A DNA stretch of 64,000 nucleotides from Entomortierella parvispora E1425 (taxonomy: Eukaryota; Fungi; Mortierellomycota): assembly GCA_020891255.1 (NCBI GenBank), contig BQFW01000002.1, positions 682,001 through 746,000 of the forward strand, in the 5' to 3' direction. This document shows, piece after piece, positions 60,149-64,000 of the stretch (the first letter of the stretch is position 1; every line of letters begins with the position of its first letter). A program made the position numbers and the translations under genes. The notes under the pieces were generated by a model. It was given only the letters and a program-made list of their open reading frames with translations. It did not search any database and was not told the origin of the DNA.

Positions 60149-61575
60149 AGAAGCAGGGCCATCTACCTACTTTCAAGCAAGATTTTCAAAGTCCCAAATC
60201 TTTGGCCACCAAAAACATACCCATCAATCCCAGCATTCTTGCCCTCCAAAGGGAGACACCCAACCCAGCATTTCTTCTAGCATTCTCATCCACTCACTGT
60301 AAAACAATTGCATTCAACTCATAATAAACCAACCCTTTTGCATTCGTCATTCATATGATCTTGTGTTTGCTGCATGAAGTTTATTGATATCATGAAGTGA
60401 GCCTTTCGCACCACCAACCACATCTTGTACGCCACCAATCTACCCAAAGACGAAGGGCTTCCTAGCAAGATGGCGTGCCCGTGCATCACAGAAAGTCTAC
60501 CATGATAAACTCCCATGCCTAGCCTCAGTAAAGACAGTCCCCTGAGCCTAGGCTGGCCTTCAAGTATCTGTTGGCCGCCCACCTCCTGCTGTGGGAACTA
60601 TTTGCCAAGCTTCGTAAACCTTGTCATTCCTGTGTGCAGTACATCGTGGCTTGGCGTCCAGTCTTGGGTTCCGGCGCCAACCCCAAAGACCATCCATTCA
60701 ATACACCTTCAATCTTGATGCCTCACATCTATATAGATAATAGCTCCTCTGATCATCAGCTTGTCCTCGACTGCCTGAAGAGTTGATATCGAGCAGGCAT
60801 TCGCAAGAGGGTGTCGCCCGTTTTTAGATTATTTAGAGATGTACTTGGTGCACAAATACGACTGACAACAAGGAGTGCAATGAATGACGATGGATGATAG
60901 TGGACCCATGTTCAGGAGGCTCGTATGGTTGTGAGTGGCGGAATATCTCAATGGCTGCATGTTGCTGTGGCGGTGTGGCGGGGCGGAGTGGTCGCTGCAG
61001 TAGCTTGTATTCCATTTTAGGAATCAAGGCCTGTCGTTATATCTACAAGAACCCAAAACTGCTGCGAGATATTCGAGGAGAAATGGGAAGACCGAGTGCT
61101 AAAAGTAAGGAAATGGATGCAGACACACCTTTTTTTGCGGCAGATGGACACCAATTGGTACATTGGCTCAAAAGCTGCTCAGCCTCGATGGACACAGCAC
61201 AGAGCATTGCAGACAGAAACTTGTTGCCTGGATCGACTCAGAAACGGGAAAGCACTTTTTCTTGGCTGCATTGGCGCAACGGCACAAAAATTATCGCCCA
61301 TGTTTTGTGACAGCCCATATTCTTCCCCTTATTGCAAACATCATGTTGTTTGTCTCGGGCTGTGGGTCTGAGGAGAATAAAAGATTCAATTGACCAGAAG
61401 AGCAACAATTCACTGCGGTCCCGCAAGCTGGTGTTTACTTGAGGTTTTGCTCAATTACACTTCAATTAACGGACAATGGATTTCAGAGGGTTTTATGGAC
61501 AAGGAGAGAGGGAACCATGCATAAAAAAACGAATCCACAACCATGTAAAAAAGATAAAAAATAAATAAAAAAATA

Positions 61576-62000
61576 GCCAAGGGGCTCGGCTGTCTCCAAG
61601 AATAGCCAGTACGGTGCAGTGGCAGTTGTGACAATTCAAGGTATCCGGCTGCAGCAATGGAGCATCTGACCCCAAAAGAGGGAGAAGGGAAGGGAATGAA
61701 GAGAGGGGACAGGGTAGTTTGTATCGAAAGAGCAAAACGAGGATGACGATGATACAAAATACAAAGAGTCCATTGTGGAATTGCCGAGCACCAACTACAT
61801 GTAGCAATTGACCAGCTGGTCCATTCGCCTATGATATCAGCAGCCAGAGAGCGAATTATGAGTGCATTAAGAAGGAAGAGACAGCGAGCGATGAGAGGCC
61901 AGGTCAGAGAGTGAGGGTCAGAGAGCGAACGGACAGAGAACGATCGGACCAAAATTGCTTGGCATTCATTTCCCTGTGGACGCGGGGTGGGTCAGCCAAG
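61576..62000. promoter_or_regulatory. Cluster of GCCARG sites in the pacC promoter (putative autoregulation)
   Basis: GCCAAG 61576, GCCAGG 61898, CTTGGC 61958 and GCCAAG 61995. Three more lie in intron 1 (62614, 62734, 62792). Confidence 0.6.
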
Positions 62001-62315
62001 GCTGCAAGGAACAGCGGCCGACGGCTGATTGGGTGCGAGGAGAGACGCCGCACACCGCCCGCTTGCTTTTATACGACAGTGTTTCCTTTCTTTTTTGTCT
62101 TCTTTGTCCCCCCGCTTCTTTCATTTCTGCGCTCTTTGCTTTGCATTCATTCATTCAATCGCCCGTTCGCTCGTTCGTTTGTTCAATCGACGCAACTACT
62201 CCCTCTCTTCTTTCCCTCTCTTCCAACTCACCCCTTCTCTGTGCTCAGTGTCTCGGGGCCAGTGTCGATTCTTTCCCTTCCAACTCAGCCTCTTCCCTTC
62301 CAAAAAGAAGAAACC

Positions 62316-64000
62316 ATGGAAAGCATTCCCTCCCCCCACTCTTTCATCTTCTCGGACGACTACATCTGCCAATGGGACTCGTGTCTCAAGAACTTTGACG
62401 ATGCCGAAATGCTCTATGAGCATCTTAGGGACGACCATGTTGGCCGCAAGGCTCACCACAACCTCTGCTTGACCTGTCGCTGGGACAAGTGCTCGGTGCC
62501 TACATTTGCCAAGAGGGATCACATTACCTCGCATCTCCGTGTGCATGTTGCCTCGAAGCCGTACCATTGCGACGTAAGTCGACTCTCTCTCATCTCCCAC
62601 GCTCTCCACACATGCCAAGGAGAAGTGTCTGGACTGAGCGACTGACCGGGAAACAGCAAGCGAGCACCCAGCCAGCCTGCACAGCGGGCTCGCTTGTTGT
62701 TTCTCTTCAATCGGGCGGTCTGACATTATTTCTCTTGGCATTTTTTTTCTTTATCTTTTCCTCCCACCACACTGTCCCTGACCTGACCTGGCTTGGCCTG
62801 ACCTGCGGCCGGACTTTGTCTTTCTCTTTGACGCTGTGTCCATGTGCTCTGTTACTCATCTATGCATGCTTGTGTGTTGCTATCTTTTTTCTTCTCCGAT
62901 AGATCTGCAGAAAGGGATTCAAGCGCCCCCAGGACTTGAAGAAGCACGAAAAGACTCACCAGGAGGATGGCGAGAATCCCGCACAGGGGCAGCAACAGGA
63001 TGGCGCCCTTTTCGCCCCCAACACGAATTTGCTCGCCACCAGCCATGCCCACTTATACCAACCACCCACACCGCCTTCATACCAGGACCGGTCGCCCTCC
63101 ATCGCGTCATCCACCGTCTCATCCGTTCAATCGCCCTACAACTTGCCCTTGTCCCCAGCCAGCATGGCTGACTCTGGTGACTCGTGGAACCCACACAATG
63201 CCCGTAAGTCTATCTTCTGTTGTGTTTTGATTCATGACCTTCTTTTCTGCTTGTTTGCATGCGCAGTTGTTTTAACTTGCGATCACCTTTTCCTCCCCTT
63301 AGCTTCGCCGTCGTTCTCGACAAATTCTGACTTGTACAGCTCGCCCGGTGCGCCTGATCTGGAACTGGATATGATGAACGCCCAGGCATTTGGCGTTCGA
63401 CCCAACATTGATGTCTCTGGCAACTTTTACGGATCTTTCCCCACGGCTGGTGGCTACGAAGATATGGTCTCGCCCATGAGTGGCAAGCGAGCCCGTGATG
63501 GTTTTGACGACCTCCTCTCCGATACCCTGGGCTCTTTCGCGATGGAGGCCAAGAAGAAGCGTCTGGATCCCTCCTACAACAAAGGTAACGCCGAGGGACC
63601 ATTGCTCAGACACCCTCCTGGAAATGCTTTACTGCGGTATGACAATTCTGACATCGATCTGTTTTTCTTTATCTTTCTACTTTTAGACATGATGGACCGC
63701 CTGAATGCTCTCCAGTCCATCTTGGAGGTGAACCCACTTACGCCCGATCGTCTCCTCTCCTCGTTGCCTGATGTGAATGACTGGAGCCAATTCAACCAGT
63801 TGAACCAGTTCTGCTCGACCTTGTTTGAGGATGTCAGTGGAGAGGTCTTTGAGCCTCAGACTTTCGATACTCCTCTGTTCCCCGACTATGAGCAAAAGCA
63901 GACACCTTTGGCCCTCGATGCCAGCTTCAACATGAACAACCTTGCTGCCTACAACAACCAGATTATTCAGAACGGAGCCAACAACTTGGCCTTTAGCACA
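62316..64000 (+). CDS. pacC: pH-response C2H2 zinc-finger transcription factor PacC/Rim101 (3'-partial, runs off the window)
   Basis: Exons 62316-62573, 62903-63203, 63303-63584 and 63687->64000. Three fingers: [64 protein letters not shown]. The conserved [20 protein letters not shown] block follows. Confidence 0.95.

Noticed and set aside
60400-60790. Coding-like stretch between microprotein copy 4 and pacC (ORFs 60515-60718 and 60571-60786)
   Set aside because: Short, frame-switching, with no recognisable motif or splice model. It may be a decayed gene but cannot be supported.
32203-64000. Functional clustering of the Pho4/NUC-1-like gene and pacC (pH/phosphate regulators)
   Set aside because: They are about 26 kb apart with unrelated housekeeping genes in between, so there is no evidence beyond coincidence.
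1-64000. CRISPR arrays, rRNA genes, intact LTR or DNA transposons
   Set aside because: The sequence is eukaryotic and gene-dense, with no regularly spaced repeats, rRNA signatures or TE coding motifs seen.

Overview
Eukaryotic, intron-rich fungal genomic DNA, most likely Mortierellaceae (Mucoromycota). The taxon is inferred from gene style and gene families, not from a marker gene. I modelled 18 conventional protein-coding genes by hand from splice signals, and every complete multi-exon model sums to a multiple of 3. In order they encode: a Crinkler/RHS-type P-loop NTPase, a J-domain/TMEM185-like membrane protein, a peroxisomal MaoC hydratase, a dienelactone-hydrolase-family enzyme, SFC1, a DUF1769 protein, two hypothetical proteins, an HSPA12-like Hsp70, TMF1/Sgm1, a Pho4/NUC-1-like bHLH factor, NST1, an ATP synthase inhibitor, LSC1, a sugar porter, a secreted protein, a DHA2-type MFS transporter and RPS19. 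A 3'-truncated pacC/RIM101 gene runs off the end of the window. The most unusual feature is a cluster of four paralogous, intronless 67-75 aa microprotein genes at 55.3-60.1 kb, directly upstream of pacC. They share TATA boxes and C/A-rich leaders. Two of them share an identical 16-nt B-box-like upstream element, one is frameshifted, and that one has three PacC-type GCCARG sites in its promoter. A probable fifth, divergent member lies at 16.55 kb. Other points of interest are a convergent pair of genes that both end in the PTS1 signal SKL, a bacterial-looking MFS gene with introns, a probable GC-AG intron in LSC1, and GCCARG enrichment around pacC itself. I found no tRNA, rRNA, CRISPR array or intact transposon. 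All family assignments come from motif recognition; no database search was run.
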